Shown piece by piece: positions 39,601 through 49,371 of a stretch of DNA of 64,000 bases. Location of the stretch: NCBI GenBank assembly GCA_910587685.1, contig CAJUMY010000006.1, positions 13,251-77,250 on the forward strand, written 5' to 3'. The notes beneath the pieces were generated by a model. It was not told the DNA's origin, did no database searches, and saw nothing but the letters and a program-made list of their open reading frames with translations. Each line of letters starts with the position of its first letter. Position 1 is the first letter of the stretch. A program made the position numbers and the translations under genes. The DNA comes from an uncultured Christensenellaceae bacterium (GTDB lineage: Bacteria > Bacillota > Clostridia > Christensenellales > UBA3700).

Positions 39601-40618
39601 CGCTTCCTATACTACCGATTCGTTCAATATCGACAATCCGAGCGAGGATTCGCTCACCTCTCCGTCTAACTGGACGGGATCTTCCGTAAGCGGCGGCAAG
39701 ACAGATTCCGATTCGCTTACCAAAGGCGTGTTCGATAAGAACTACAGCAGAAGGGAATGGCTCAAGACCGTGACCGACGATAATACTAACTATATAGACG
39801 AAACGGTATGGAATTACCTCGTCGGCGAAAATACCGATAACAACGTTCTCGTTATAAACAATATTATCAAGAACGGTTACAGCTACACCAACTCGAGCGA
39901 TTCGAAGACTCTTGCTAAGGATTCCTATTACAAGGTATCGGTCAGCGTATTGACGTACGGACTTAGCGAGAGCGAGTACGCGTATATTTCGCTCAAACTC
40001 AATAACGTAACGTATACCTTCGGCAAAGACGCCGACAACAACGTTCTCGTAAATACTTCGAAGTACGTAAACGGAAGCGAGACTCTCGGCGTATGGACTA
40101 CCTACACGTTCTTCGTAAAGACCCCCGCAAAGGCGTCCGTATCGAACGTGACTATCACTCTCGGACTTGGCGAAAAGAGCAGTAGCAGCGACGAGGATAA
40201 AAAGGAAGAGAATTTCGTACAGGGTTACGCGTTCTTCGATAACGTTGCATTCGAAACCAGCACGAAGGAAGAATTCGAAAAGTCTAGCGACGGAAGCAAC
40301 TCGAAGAAGATTACCTTTACCGACGAGGACGCTTACAAAGAAGCTCCAAAGGAAGAAGATGAGAACAATAACGAATCGGGAAGTCTCCTCTGGCTCTACA
40401 TTTCGTCGGGCGTTATCGGAGCTCTCATCATTATCGTAGTTATCGCATTCCTTATCAAGAAGTACTGGTACAAGATAGCTCCGCTGTTCAAGAAGAACAA
40501 GGGAACTACTCTCGGCGATTACGATAAGAATCATCCTTCTAATCAGAACAACGTTCAGAAACCGTCGCAGAAGAACGGCAAGAACAACAAGAAGTCGTCT
40601 GATAACTACAACGACTGA
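36623..40618 (+). CDS. Giant cell-surface protein: lipoprotein-type signal peptide, five CBM-like beta-sandwich repeats, C-terminal TM anchor and a basic tail
   Basis: Signal peptide MNRKKRFLLTILVLVLAVSILATFVSC. There are five repeats of roughly 190-250 aa sharing NG.F....P..W ... N(V/K)L(M/F/V)INN...Y.Y.S......(S/G/E)YYK(I/L/V)(T/S)(V/M).V.T ... W(T/K).(Y/F)....... L.LG.G......G...FDN(V/A). A TM helix LLWLYISSGVIGALIIIVVIAFLI lies at aa 1255-1279, followed by a Lys/Asn-rich tail. Confidence 0.7.
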   Translation: MNRKKRFLLTILVLVLAVSILATFVSCKRETGPAGGNTDEDVIITNGSFASVNSETFPKVPSGWTASAGSTSSSSASATPSTQGEDLISGVIDTKANVFRNNASKWKVNRQKNPFTPNNDDATDTNVLMINNLVSTAYKYTSSNVTLVKNSYYKITVDVRTEDDALAFIYVLGDAFAEFTNISTNSQWTTYEIYVETAKTANKSIQVVVSNGWGAKDTGTMSKGVVYFDNVKVEKLVDKDNEDDNSYGKGIYNEKVAIDNNGDRLATYSMLIPDGEFNYTSGSTMPYTPSKFRGYAGTSSDGSNSAPTGSNYVVSGVLDTTRQYDELSDIVPCPNTLGNKMLFINNKDYTAYGYKSSVSMLIEAGKEYTFSVWLRTVDVTGYGSDNNGAVLKLTKSTSDENPFEIKNINTNGEWKEFTFDIKANQLADTEVYVELWLGEGGSNAKDQSWAKGTVFMDKLSLKETSSTPAPLSEDGNKATADYRDSLDSEKNLLKYGYFMEGNTWGELAFDEDNYNFKNSGKAGHNVVKNSSDNDVPLPAYNLGIKTATGETLLDNALKMSITSATAYGIKIDNAGKNFNIVENGYYKLSMWVKTDLDEKYDSKGLNVKLKKVAKPISSEEPVDTEVASFTNINTRELETNNGYVQLIFYIEGNTLASEELYLEIMLGSGSRFTPQSHVVGDAYITLIAMEGITYKDYSSANTSSYIKKNSLTTSSSSSESVSNGNFSTTDVNTTFENYKSHQGTDEGFEDNEIQNVDGKFILPTAPSNWTISNKSYLEALNTGIVANETQYNSIENKFNGMTYDEFANGIDGGALVISTKNRKGSNGFLTVATTPATCGCTCEKCIENGSCDSKSCDDDCNCLHKSSADGILPVGYTSQSISLSASSYYIIGVKVFAAEGSIAYVNLTNSSDTKTIKVNGDNARGWTKVYFYVETGLSSTSAKLELYLGDKTGDSENKERITGTVAFDNAFYYQIDEEAYDNEIAELSDYKATASYTTDSFNIDNPSEDSLTSPSNWTGSSVSGGKTDSDSLTKGVFDKNYSRREWLKTVTDDNTNYIDETVWNYLVGENTDNNVLVINNIIKNGYSYTNSSDSKTLAKDSYYKVSVSVLTYGLSESEYAYISLKLNNVTYTFGKDADNNVLVNTSKYVNGSETLGVWTTYTFFVKTPAKASVSNVTITLGLGEKSSSSDEDKKEENFVQGYAFFDNVAFETSTKEEFEKSSDGSNSKKITFTDEDAYKEAPKEEDENNNESGSLLWLYISSGVIGALIIIVVIAFLIKKYWYKIAPLFKKNKGTTLGDYDKNHPSNQNNVQKPSQKNGKNNKKSSDNYND

Positions 40619-40651
40619 TAGACTGATAACCTTATAACAACATTATGATTT

Positions 40652-40685
40652 AAAAGGGTCTCCTTCGAAAGAAAGAGACCCTTTT
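40652..40685. terminator. Bidirectional terminator between the surface-protein gene and the convergent LysM gene
   Basis: 11-bp perfect stem AAAAGGGTCTC / GAGACCCTTTT with a 12-nt loop. Confidence 0.65.
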
Positions 40686-40727
40686 ATTATTTCTCTATAA
40701 TCATCCATCAAATTGACAAATGCGCTG

Positions 40728-41012
40728 TCAATTCGGAATATATATTATCTCGCCTAAAAACACCTCTTTGATACCGTTGAACTTCAGCAGCTTTTCCTGA
40801 CTGACGCCGAATTGTTTAGCTATCTTCTCCGCCGTATCGAATGGACGTACGCAATACTTTATCGGCAGTTTTTCTTCGACGATGAGTTTCATACCCTCTT
40901 TCACGTCCTTTATATCAATATTATTAAGCGTTAATATCTCGTCCCTATCAACGCCGAATTCCTTTGCAATATCATCAATACCGCCAGTCACGCGAACAGC
41001 TATCCTTGCCAT
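40728..41012 (-). CDS. Small protein with two LysM repeats and no signal peptide
   Basis: Two repeats of about 44 aa (VRVTGGIDDIAKEFGVDRDEILTLNNI.....GMKLIV and YCVRPFDTAEKIAKQFGVSQEKLLKFNGI...FLGEIIYIP) fit the LysM pattern. Confidence 0.75.
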   Translation of the reverse strand: MARIAVRVTGGIDDIAKEFGVDRDEILTLNNIDIKDVKEGMKLIVEEKLPIKYCVRPFDTAEKIAKQFGVSQEKLLKFNGIKEVFLGEIIYIPN

Positions 41013-41135
41013 TTTTACCCTCCGAATATAAACGTTTCGATATTTTACCTTCAGTTTATTCTATTCGCTATCGCCTCTCAATATATTTAACTGAGACCGA
41101 TAATTCGAAAAAAGGAGTGAACGTTTATTAAAAGA

Positions 41136-42629
41136 TTGCTTAAAGCCGTAGCTACGGTATCTATCATCTCGATAATAACGCGAGCGTTAGCGTTCGTATT
41201 CAAAATATACCTTTCCCGCGAACTCGGCGCGGAGATACTCGGCGTATACCAGATATGTATGTCCATATTCATATTGATAGCGTCTCTATCCTCATCGGGT
41301 CTTCCGACCACTCTATCACGCAAGACTGCGGAATACGGTATGCTCGGCGACAGTAAAAGCGAAAAGCAGATATTAGCGACGACTGTATTTACTTCGCTGT
41401 TCCTATCTGTCGCGTCGATGCTCTTCTTCTACCTATTCCCCAATATCACGGCGCTCTTATTCAGCGATTCGAGATGTACCGATATGTTCGTAACGATGCT
41501 CCCCGCGTTAATAAGCACGAGCGTATATTCCGTTACACGCGGCTGGTTCTGGGGCAAGAAAGACTACCTCGTATTCTCCTCTAGCGAACTCGTTCAAGAA
41601 GTTCTGTCCATAGCTATAGTGGCTATGGCTTTACTCAGCGGAATTTTCCGCGATAAATCCCGAGCGATAGCCGTAGCGTTCGTCGTCAGCGACTACATAG
41701 CTACCGCAATACTCGTCGTATTGTTCTTTAGAAAGGGCGGACGGCTCGCCCGTCCCGCAAAGTTCGGCGAAGTGTATCGTTCGGCGCTGCCTCTCACTTC
41801 CTCGAGACTGCTCGGCTCTTTGGTGAGCTCGCTGATGGCTCTATTGATACCTTCACTTCTCGTAAAATACGGCATGGATACCTCTCTTGCGACCGCGAGC
41901 TACGGACGCGCAAGCGGAATGGTAATGCCTCTTCTGTTCGCTCCGTCGTCCTTCACCGGATCTTTGGCGGTAGTTATGATACCCGAGCTCGCCTCCAGCA
42001 ATATCGCAAAGAAGCCGTCCGTATCTTCCACCGTCAAGAACGCCATATTCATATCCGTCATGTCGGCTTGCGTATTCGTACCGATATATATGTCTTTGGG
42101 CGAAGAAATATGCTCTACGCTATATCACGACGATATCGCGGGCTCGTTCCTGACATACGCGTCGGTACTCATGATACCGCTCTCTATAAATCAGATGGTA
42201 ATATCCCTTCTCAATACTCTCGGCAAGGAAAACAAAACGTTTTTAAGTCATATGATAGGCTCGGCTCTGCTATTTGCGATGATATTGATACTTCCGAAAT
42301 ACATAGGGATACACGCATATTTCGTTGGACTTATTTCCTTCCACGTTTTCACTATGAGCGTCAATCTAATAACGCTCTCGAAGACTACGAAACTGGGAAA
42401 ACAATTATTCTTAAACTCATCGCTCGTTATAGCGTTTGCCTGCCTTACCGGCGTACTTTTGAATTTCGTCGATATGCCGAGCGTACCGAAAATAGCCGCG
42501 ATAGCAATTAAGAGCGCGATAGCTGTATCGGCTTATCTGCTATTTTTGATAGTTTTCAAGTTCATAGATATAACGAAATTCCTTAAAAAACAAAAAAAGC
42601 CTGTAAAAACTCAAACGCAGGACGCATAA
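41136..42629 (+). CDS. MOP-superfamily polysaccharide/lipid II flippase (SpoVB/MurJ-like)
   Basis: About 14 TM, with an N-terminus ITRALAFVFKIYLSRELGAEILGVYQ....FILIASLSSSGLPTTLSR colinear with SpoVB-type proteins. The start codon is uncertain: a TTG at 41136, while the GGAG at 41114-41117 is better spaced for an ATT at 41127. Confidence 0.65.
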   Translation: MLKAVATVSIISIITRALAFVFKIYLSRELGAEILGVYQICMSIFILIASLSSSGLPTTLSRKTAEYGMLGDSKSEKQILATTVFTSLFLSVASMLFFYLFPNITALLFSDSRCTDMFVTMLPALISTSVYSVTRGWFWGKKDYLVFSSSELVQEVLSIAIVAMALLSGIFRDKSRAIAVAFVVSDYIATAILVVLFFRKGGRLARPAKFGEVYRSALPLTSSRLLGSLVSSLMALLIPSLLVKYGMDTSLATASYGRASGMVMPLLFAPSSFTGSLAVVMIPELASSNIAKKPSVSSTVKNAIFISVMSACVFVPIYMSLGEEICSTLYHDDIAGSFLTYASVLMIPLSINQMVISLLNTLGKENKTFLSHMIGSALLFAMILILPKYIGIHAYFVGLISFHVFTMSVNLITLSKTTKLGKQLFLNSSLVIAFACLTGVLLNFVDMPSVPKIAAIAIKSAIAVSAYLLFLIVFKFIDITKFLKKQKKPVKTQTQDA

Positions 42630-42788
42630 TAACTTTACCTCTTCGAGTCTTTCTTTATCTCGGAAGTTATAGCAAACTGAGCAATTAAAACGATACAAAT
42701 ACGCCGCTCGATCGTTAGCGGCGTATTTATCTTCGTAAAAATTAAAAAACGTCGGTATATTCTTTAATTCTTAACTAACAATAAGAGT

Positions 42789-43520
42789 ATGTTGATAGTA
42801 TTTACACGAGCAATTATCATCTACGTATTTTTACTCATCGTAATGAGACTTATGGGAAAAAAACAACTCGGAGAACTGCAGCCTTTCGAGTTCGCCATCA
42901 CGCTCATTGTCGCAGATCTTGCCTGTATCCCTATGGGAGACACGTCAATGCCTATCACGTACGGACTCGTGCCGATATTCACTCTTTTCGTCATTCACCT
43001 TCTGGTCACGAAACTTACGAAACACAGTATCAAACTTCGTAAGCTGATAAACGGGAAGCCCATCATCGTCATAAACGGCGACGGAATAGACTACGAAATG
43101 ATGAAAAGTCTCGATATGACGGTCAACGACCTAATGGAGGCTTTGCGTTCCAACGGATTCTTTTCGCCCGACGAAGTGGAATTCGCCATAGTAGAGACGA
43201 ACGGCGATCTTTCCGTACTTCCTAAGACGGAGAACATTCCGCTCACAAGGGGCGATATAGAGTCCTTGAAAAGCGGAGAGACAAGCGACGACAATACCGA
43301 TTCCACTATCCCTTATATGTTGATAGCGGAAGGCAAACGTATGGGCGAAAACATCGAAAAATGCGGCATCGACGAGAACGTCATCACCGATATTCTCAAC
43401 AAGTATTCGCTAAAGCAGAAAGACGTGCTTCTTTTGACCGTAAGGAATAACGAAACGATATTTCTGCAACCGAAATCCCAAAAGGCGATTTCGACAAGCG
43501 TTAGCGAGGTGACTGCATGA
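42789..43520 (+). CDS. DUF421 (YetF-like) membrane protein
   Basis: N-terminus RAIIIYVFLLIVMRLMGKKQLGELQPFEFAITLIVADLA, then a soluble domain INGKPIIVINGDGIDYEMMKSLDMTVNDLMEALRSNGFFSPDEVEFAIVETNGDLSVLPK, typical of the family. Confidence 0.75.
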   Translation: MLIVFTRAIIIYVFLLIVMRLMGKKQLGELQPFEFAITLIVADLACIPMGDTSMPITYGLVPIFTLFVIHLLVTKLTKHSIKLRKLINGKPIIVINGDGIDYEMMKSLDMTVNDLMEALRSNGFFSPDEVEFAIVETNGDLSVLPKTENIPLTRGDIESLKSGETSDDNTDSTIPYMLIAEGKRMGENIEKCGIDENVITDILNKYSLKQKDVLLLTVRNNETIFLQPKSQKAISTSVSEVTA

Positions 43521-43897
43521 AACACATAATCGTCGCAGTAATGATCGTGATCATTATTCTGTCTCTCGGAATAACGGAACAGATAATAATAAAGAACACT
43601 TTCGATGAAGTCTATAAATACGCCGAAGATATACGGGCGTTGCTCGTACAGGGAGACAATGAAGAGGCTCTCCTTAAGACGGTTGCTCTTAGCGACTATT
43701 GGAAAAAGAAAAGCGATCTAATGGAATTTATGTTTCCGCATAACGAATTTCGCGATTTCATAATGGCTGTGAGCGAGCTTAAAGGCAACATCGTAACCGA
43801 AGAATACGAAAACGCCATAGCATTGACCTACGTTATCGCAGAGGATGCCGTAAACCGTCAAGACTTACTTCTTTTCAAACTAAAGAACGTATTGTAA
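43517..43897 (+). CDS. DUF4363-like small membrane-anchored protein
   Basis: 126 aa with an N-terminal TM helix and a 4-nt overlap with the DUF421 gene. As I recall, the DUF421-DUF4363 pairing is common in Clostridia. Confidence 0.55.
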   Translation: MKHIIVAVMIVIIILSLGITEQIIIKNTFDEVYKYAEDIRALLVQGDNEEALLKTVALSDYWKKKSDLMEFMFPHNEFRDFIMAVSELKGNIVTEEYENAIALTYVIAEDAVNRQDLLLFKLKNVL

Positions 43898-43919
43898 ACG
43901 CTGTCAACTTAAAATATAG

Positions 43920-43948
43920 AGGGAGCTTGCCGAATAGGCAATCTCCCT
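43920..43948 (+). terminator. Terminator after the DUF421/DUF4363 pair
   Basis: Stem AGGGAGCTTGCC / GGCAATCTCCCT (one mismatch) followed by a T-rich tract. Confidence 0.55.
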
Positions 43949-43996
43949 TCCTTTTCTTTCATTAATATTCTATATATCCGCTCGAATGATCGGCGC

Positions 43997-46822
43997 TTAT
44001 TTCTGCTCGAGCTTTTTCTTAAGGAATTTGCCTGTTAGGCTCTCTTTTACTTCCGCTATTTCTTCGGGCGTACCGCTCGCAACTATCTCTCCGCCCTTAT
44101 CTCCTCCGAAAGGTCCGAGATCTATGATATGATCCGCAACTTTGATAACGTCGAGATTATGCTCGATAACGAGAACTGTATTTCCCTTGTCTACGAATCT
44201 ATTGAGTATGGATATGAGCTTCTTGACATCATGGGTATGAAGTCCCGTAGTGGGCTCGTCAAGTATATAAATGGTCTTGCCCGTACTGCGTTTTGAAAGC
44301 TCCGTCGCGAGCTTCACTCTCTGCGCCTCTCCGCCGGAGAGCGTCGTCGCAGGCTGACCGAGCTTGATATATCCGAGCCCTACGTCCGCAAGCGTCTTTA
44401 TCTTATTATATATCTGCGGAACGTTCTCGAAGAATTTAGTTGCCTCGTCTACAGTCATCTCGAGAACGTCGTGAATATTCTTTCCCTTATACGTTACCTG
44501 CAACGTTTCCCTATTGTATCTCATACCGTGACAGACTTCGCACGGAACGTATATATCGGAAAGAAAGTGCATCTCTATCTTTATTATACCGTCTCCCGAA
44601 CAATTCTCGCACCGACCGCCCGACGTATTGAAACTGAATCTTCCCGCGCCGTATCCTCTCGCCTGCGCCTCCTGAGTCTTTGCGAACAATTCTCTTATCT
44701 GAGTGAATACTCCCGTATAAGTCGCGGGATTCGACCTCGGAGTCCTTCCTATCGGGCTTTGGTCTATAGCTATTACCTTATCGAGATTTTCAATACCGAG
44801 TATGCCGTCGCAATTAGTTTCTTTGAGCCTTGCATTATTGAGCTTAGCCTGAAGAACGGGATAAATTATCTCATTGACGAGCGAACTCTTTCCGCTACCC
44901 GAAACCCCCGTTACGACGTTGAATTTTCCGAGAGGTATCTTGACGCTGATATTTTTGAGATTATTCTGCTTAGCGCCGACGACTTCTAGATATGCTCCGT
45001 TGCCTTCGCGTCTTGTCTCGGGAACGTCTATCTTCATAGCCCCCGACATATACTGTCCCGTTATAGAATCGGGATTGTTCTTTATCTCTTCGGGCGTTCC
45101 CTCTGCGATAAGCCGCCCTCCGTGAACTCCCGCTCCCGGACCTATATCGACGATATAGTCCGCGCATTCCATAGTGTCTTCGTCGTGCTCGACCACTATG
45201 AGCGTATTGCCGAGATCTCTCAGTCTCTTGAGCGTACCGAGCAGTTTTTCATTGTCGCTCTGATGCAGTCCTATACTCGGCTCGTCGAGAATATATAACA
45301 CTCCCATAAGTCCGCTGCCTATCTGCGTTGCCAGCCTTATCCTCTGCGCTTCGCCGCCCGAGAGCGTCGCCGCCGAACGCGAGAGCGTAAGATACGAAAG
45401 CCCTACGTTGAGCAGAAAAGTTATACGAGCGTTTATCTCCTTGATTATTTGGTTCGCAATGAGTTGCTCCCGTTCGGTAAGCGTGAGCTCGCTCATGAAT
45501 TTATATAGATTTTCGATAGACATATCTGTAAGTTCCGCAATATTCTTGTCTCCTACAGTGACCGAAAGAGCCTCTTTTCTAAGTCTCTTGCCTCCGCATA
45601 CCTCGCAGGTCTTCGAAACCATGTATCGCTCTATCTCAGCCTTTACGAAGTCCGACGTCGACTCGTTATAGCGACGCATAAGATTATTCACTATTCCCTC
45701 GTAACGTCTGCTGAAACTGCCGGTAAAAGTCTTTGACTTGTACTCCATTTCGATAGGAGTATCGTCGCCGTAGAATATGACTTTGAGCGCGCTGTCAGGC
45801 AAATCTTTAACGGGAGTATCGAGCGAAAATCCATGCTTTTTAGCAATGGCTTCCAGCATACCGAGACTGATATTCGACGAATCGAGATTCCATCCGCTCA
45901 CGTTGATAGCGCCCTTTCTCAAGGAAAGATTCCAGTCCTTGACTATCTTATTGACGTCTATCACGTTATTAAATCCGAGACCGTGACACTCGGGACACGC
46001 TCCGTACGGATTGTTGAACGAAAAGAGTCTCGGCGCGAGCTCCTCTATACTTATATCGCAATCGGGACAGGAATACTTGGTCGAATGAAGGACTCTCTCT
46101 CCGTTAGCCTCGACGCTCACTAGACCGTCCGCCAGTTTGAGCGCGCTCTCGAGCGAATCCGAAAGACGTCTGTTGATACCGTCTTTGACGACTATTCTGT
46201 CTATTATTACGTTGATGTTGTGCTTTACGTTTTTGTCGATCTTTATATCGCCGTCGCTGTCGAGATTGTATTCTATGCCGTCTATCTCCACTCGCATATA
46301 GCCGTTCTTTCTGAGCGAATCGAGTTCTTTGCGATATTCGCCCTTACGTCCTCTAACCATGGGCGCTATGACTCTTATCTTAACGCCTTCGCCGAGCTCA
46401 AGAACTTTGTCGCATATCTGATCGACGCTCTGATGCGTTATCTCCTTACCGCACTTAGGACAGTGCGGGCGTCCGATCCTTGCAAACAGAAGTCTGAAAT
46501 AATCGTATATCTCAGTCACGGTCCCGACAGTCGAACGCGGATTGTTCGACGTAGTCTTCTGATCTATAGATATGGCGGGAGACAGTCCTTCGATATAATC
46601 GACGTCAGGCTTGTCCATCTGTCCGAGAAACTGTCTCGCATACGACGAAAGAGACTCGACGTAGCGTCTCTGCCCTTCCGCAAATATCGTATCGAACGCG
46701 AGCGACGATTTTCCCGAGCCGCTGAGTCCTGTGAGCACGACCAGTTTTTCTCTCGGGATCCTTACGTCGATATTTTTAAGATTGTGTACTCTTGCTCCTT
46801 TTACGAAAATATCCTCTCTCAT
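43997..46822 (-). CDS. uvrA: Excinuclease ABC subunit A
   Basis: Two ABC modules (GLSGSGKSS and GVSGSGKSS Walker A; LSGGEAQR signatures twice) plus zinc-finger Cys pairs. 941 aa. Confidence 0.95.
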   Translation of the reverse strand: MREDIFVKGARVHNLKNIDVRIPREKLVVLTGLSGSGKSSLAFDTIFAEGQRRYVESLSSYARQFLGQMDKPDVDYIEGLSPAISIDQKTTSNNPRSTVGTVTEIYDYFRLLFARIGRPHCPKCGKEITHQSVDQICDKVLELGEGVKIRVIAPMVRGRKGEYRKELDSLRKNGYMRVEIDGIEYNLDSDGDIKIDKNVKHNINVIIDRIVVKDGINRRLSDSLESALKLADGLVSVEANGERVLHSTKYSCPDCDISIEELAPRLFSFNNPYGACPECHGLGFNNVIDVNKIVKDWNLSLRKGAINVSGWNLDSSNISLGMLEAIAKKHGFSLDTPVKDLPDSALKVIFYGDDTPIEMEYKSKTFTGSFSRRYEGIVNNLMRRYNESTSDFVKAEIERYMVSKTCEVCGGKRLRKEALSVTVGDKNIAELTDMSIENLYKFMSELTLTEREQLIANQIIKEINARITFLLNVGLSYLTLSRSAATLSGGEAQRIRLATQIGSGLMGVLYILDEPSIGLHQSDNEKLLGTLKRLRDLGNTLIVVEHDEDTMECADYIVDIGPGAGVHGGRLIAEGTPEEIKNNPDSITGQYMSGAMKIDVPETRREGNGAYLEVVGAKQNNLKNISVKIPLGKFNVVTGVSGSGKSSLVNEIIYPVLQAKLNNARLKETNCDGILGIENLDKVIAIDQSPIGRTPRSNPATYTGVFTQIRELFAKTQEAQARGYGAGRFSFNTSGGRCENCSGDGIIKIEMHFLSDIYVPCEVCHGMRYNRETLQVTYKGKNIHDVLEMTVDEATKFFENVPQIYNKIKTLADVGLGYIKLGQPATTLSGGEAQRVKLATELSKRSTGKTIYILDEPTTGLHTHDVKKLISILNRFVDKGNTVLVIEHNLDVIKVADHIIDLGPFGGDKGGEIVASGTPEEIAEVKESLTGKFLKKKLEQK

Positions 46823-48780
46823 TTCTTCTTTCCGTTGATCTCCTTCTTTAATTCCGCTATTCTCTCCCTTATCTTTATGGCGCTCTCGAAGTCGAGAACG
46901 CTCGCCGCGTGATTCATCTCTCTTCTGAGTCTCTCTATTTCCTTGTTGATATCCTTTATTCCGTCTTTAGCGTCTTCGACTTTCTTGCTTATCTCGAGCG
47001 TGTTCTTGATGTCCTTTATAATGGTCTTCGGAACTATTCCGTGCTCTTCGTTGTACCTGTTCTGCGCGTCTCTCCTACGCTTAGTCTCGTCTATGGCGCG
47101 TCTCATACTGTCGGTTATCTCGTCCGCGTACATTATGACCTTTCCTTCGCTGTTTCGAGCAGCTCGTCCGATAGTCTGTATCAAAGACGTCTCGCTCCTC
47201 AAGAATCCCTCCTTATCTGCGTCGAGTATCGCCACAACGCTGACCTCGGGCATATCGAGCCCTTCTCTCAAAAGGTTAATCCCCACGAGCACGTCGAAGT
47301 CTCCACGTCTTAGCCCGTTAATAATATCCACCCTCTCCAATGTGTCGATATCACTATGCATATATCGCACTTTTATATGTCTTTCCTTGAGGAATGCCGT
47401 AAGAGATTCCGCCATCTTTTTCGTAAGAGTAGTAACGAGCGCTCTCTCTTTTTTCTCCGTTACCGCATTAATGACCCCGATAAGATCCTCTATCTGTCCC
47501 TCTATCGGTCTGACCTCTACTATAGGGTCGAGAAGTCCAGTCGGTCTGATGAGCTGCTCTGCGACCTGCCCGGCTATAGACATCTCGTAAGGAGCAGGCG
47601 TTGCGGATACGCATATCAGTTGCGATATCTTGCTGTCGAACTCATCGAAGCGAAGAGGTCTGTTATCGTACGCCGCAGGCAAGCGGAATCCATATTCCAC
47701 AAGGTTATCCTTTCTCGCTCTGTCGCCGTTATACATCGCCCTTATCTGCGGTATCGTCATATGGCTCTCGTCTATAAACATTATATAATCGTCGGGGAAA
47801 AAGTCCAACAGCGTATACGGCGGCTGTCCTTCCGTACGTCCGTCGAAATACCTCGAATAATTCTCTATTCCGCTGCAGTATCCGACCTCTCTCATCATTT
47901 CTATATCATAGCGTACTCTTTCGCTGATCCTCTGCGCCTCTATGAGTTTATTTCTTGCCTGAAATTCGGCGACTCTCTTATGCAGGTCTCTTTCTATTAT
48001 TTGCAGCGATTCTTTAAGTTTTTCGTTGCCGACAACGTAATGCGTAGCGGGGAATATATTGACGTGGCTGAGCTCCTGAAAAACTTTAGAAGTAACTACC
48101 GTAAACTCGTAAATATTCTCTATCTCGTCTCCCCAAAACTCGACGCGGATAGCCGTCTCGGTCTTCTCCACGGGAAATATATCGAGAACGTCTCCCCTGA
48201 CCCTGAACGTCGCTCTCGTAAAATCAATATCGTTACGCTTGTACTGAAGCTCGGTAAGTCTGTCTATGAGATCGTCTCTCTCTATAGTCATACCCTTGCG
48301 GAGAGATAGCGCCATATCGAAATAGTCCTTAGGCGCGCCCAGACCGTAAATACACGATACTGAACAGACAACTATCACGTCTCTCGACTCGCAAAGCGCG
48401 CTGGTAGCCGAGTTCCTCAGTCGGTCTATCTCGTCGTTGACCATGAGTTCCTTTTCTATATAAGTATCCGAACGCGGTATATACGCCTCGGGCTGATAAT
48501 AATCGTAATAGGAGACGAAGTATTCCACATGGTTATTCGGGAAAAATTCGCGGAACTCATTACAGAGCTGAGCGGCAAGCGTCTTATTGTGAGCGATAAC
48601 CAGAGTGGGACGCTGTACGCGTTCTATAACGTTCGCCATCGTAAAAGTTTTGCCACTGCCGGTCACACCGAGAAGAACCTGCGTTCTCAATCCGTCCTCG
48701 ATACCTGCTACGAGCTTGTCTATAGCCTCGGGCTGATCTCCGCGCGGCTTAAATTTTGAATGCAATTCGAATTTTGCCAT
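46819..48780 (-). CDS. uvrB: Excinuclease ABC subunit B
   Basis: [29 protein letters not shown], helicase motifs and a C-terminal UVR domain ([16 protein letters not shown]). Start moved to the ATG at 48780 after GGAGG. 4-nt overlap with uvrA. Confidence 0.95.
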   Translation of the reverse strand: MAKFELHSKFKPRGDQPEAIDKLVAGIEDGLRTQVLLGVTGSGKTFTMANVIERVQRPTLVIAHNKTLAAQLCNEFREFFPNNHVEYFVSYYDYYQPEAYIPRSDTYIEKELMVNDEIDRLRNSATSALCESRDVIVVCSVSCIYGLGAPKDYFDMALSLRKGMTIERDDLIDRLTELQYKRNDIDFTRATFRVRGDVLDIFPVEKTETAIRVEFWGDEIENIYEFTVVTSKVFQELSHVNIFPATHYVVGNEKLKESLQIIERDLHKRVAEFQARNKLIEAQRISERVRYDIEMMREVGYCSGIENYSRYFDGRTEGQPPYTLLDFFPDDYIMFIDESHMTIPQIRAMYNGDRARKDNLVEYGFRLPAAYDNRPLRFDEFDSKISQLICVSATPAPYEMSIAGQVAEQLIRPTGLLDPIVEVRPIEGQIEDLIGVINAVTEKKERALVTTLTKKMAESLTAFLKERHIKVRYMHSDIDTLERVDIINGLRRGDFDVLVGINLLREGLDMPEVSVVAILDADKEGFLRSETSLIQTIGRAARNSEGKVIMYADEITDSMRRAIDETKRRRDAQNRYNEEHGIVPKTIIKDIKNTLEISKKVEDAKDGIKDINKEIERLRREMNHAASVLDFESAIKIRERIAELKKEINGKKK

Positions 48781-48879
48781 ATTTCCTCCGAGTATATACG
48801 AATAAAACTCTGTCGGCATCCTATTATCCGTTTACCGCCGACGACGCTTCGATAAATGCGAGTCGCCGACCGTAAGCAC

Positions 48880-48908
48880 ATTATATCAGAACATATGTTC
48901 TAAGTCAA
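48880..48908 (-). promoter_or_regulatory. uvrBA promoter with an embedded LexA/DinR SOS (Cheo) box
   Basis: On the minus strand: TTGACT (48908-48903), 17-nt spacer, TATAAT (48885-48880). The spacer contains the perfect palindrome AGAACATATGTTCT (48888-48901), which matches GAAC-N4-GTTC. Confidence 0.75.
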
Positions 48909-48999
48909 CGAAAAACGAGGCAAAAGTATGCCTCGCTCGGATTTTTACATATAACTTTACGACCTATAGTCTACGTCGTCAAGAAAGATTTTTCGGAAC

Positions 49000-49371
49000 T
49001 TATCCGCCGAAAATCATAGTTATCAGACGTCCCAGAATGAACGTGCCTATAACGCCTGCGACGGAGAGAATTATCTTAAAATTGATAGCTCTTTTTTCAC
49101 TCTCGATCTCGCGGATGAACGCGTGCCCCTTCGTAAGAAGTTCTATCTTATAAGCGCTATCGCCGCTCGCGTCCTCTACTTCTTCGTAATCGAAATAGCC
49201 GTCGAGCGAAAGTCCTTTTAGAGTCGATTCAAGGTCGTTATTCGCAAAATCGCTTGTATACGGTATCTCTTTGAGCAAGTCGATAGGTCTTATTACAACG
49301 GTTTCGTCGGGATATTTGACCGCTTCGTTATATATGACTTTCATAAGAGCCTTGTCTTTCCTTTTCAGCAT
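49000..49371 (-). CDS. Hypothetical protein with a C-terminal TM anchor
   Basis: 123 aa: an acidic soluble domain, then IILSVAGVIGTFILGRLITMIF. No family recognised. Confidence 0.4.
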   Translation of the reverse strand: MLKRKDKALMKVIYNEAVKYPDETVVIRPIDLLKEIPYTSDFANNDLESTLKGLSLDGYFDYEEVEDASGDSAYKIELLTKGHAFIREIESEKRAINFKIILSVAGVIGTFILGRLITMIFGG

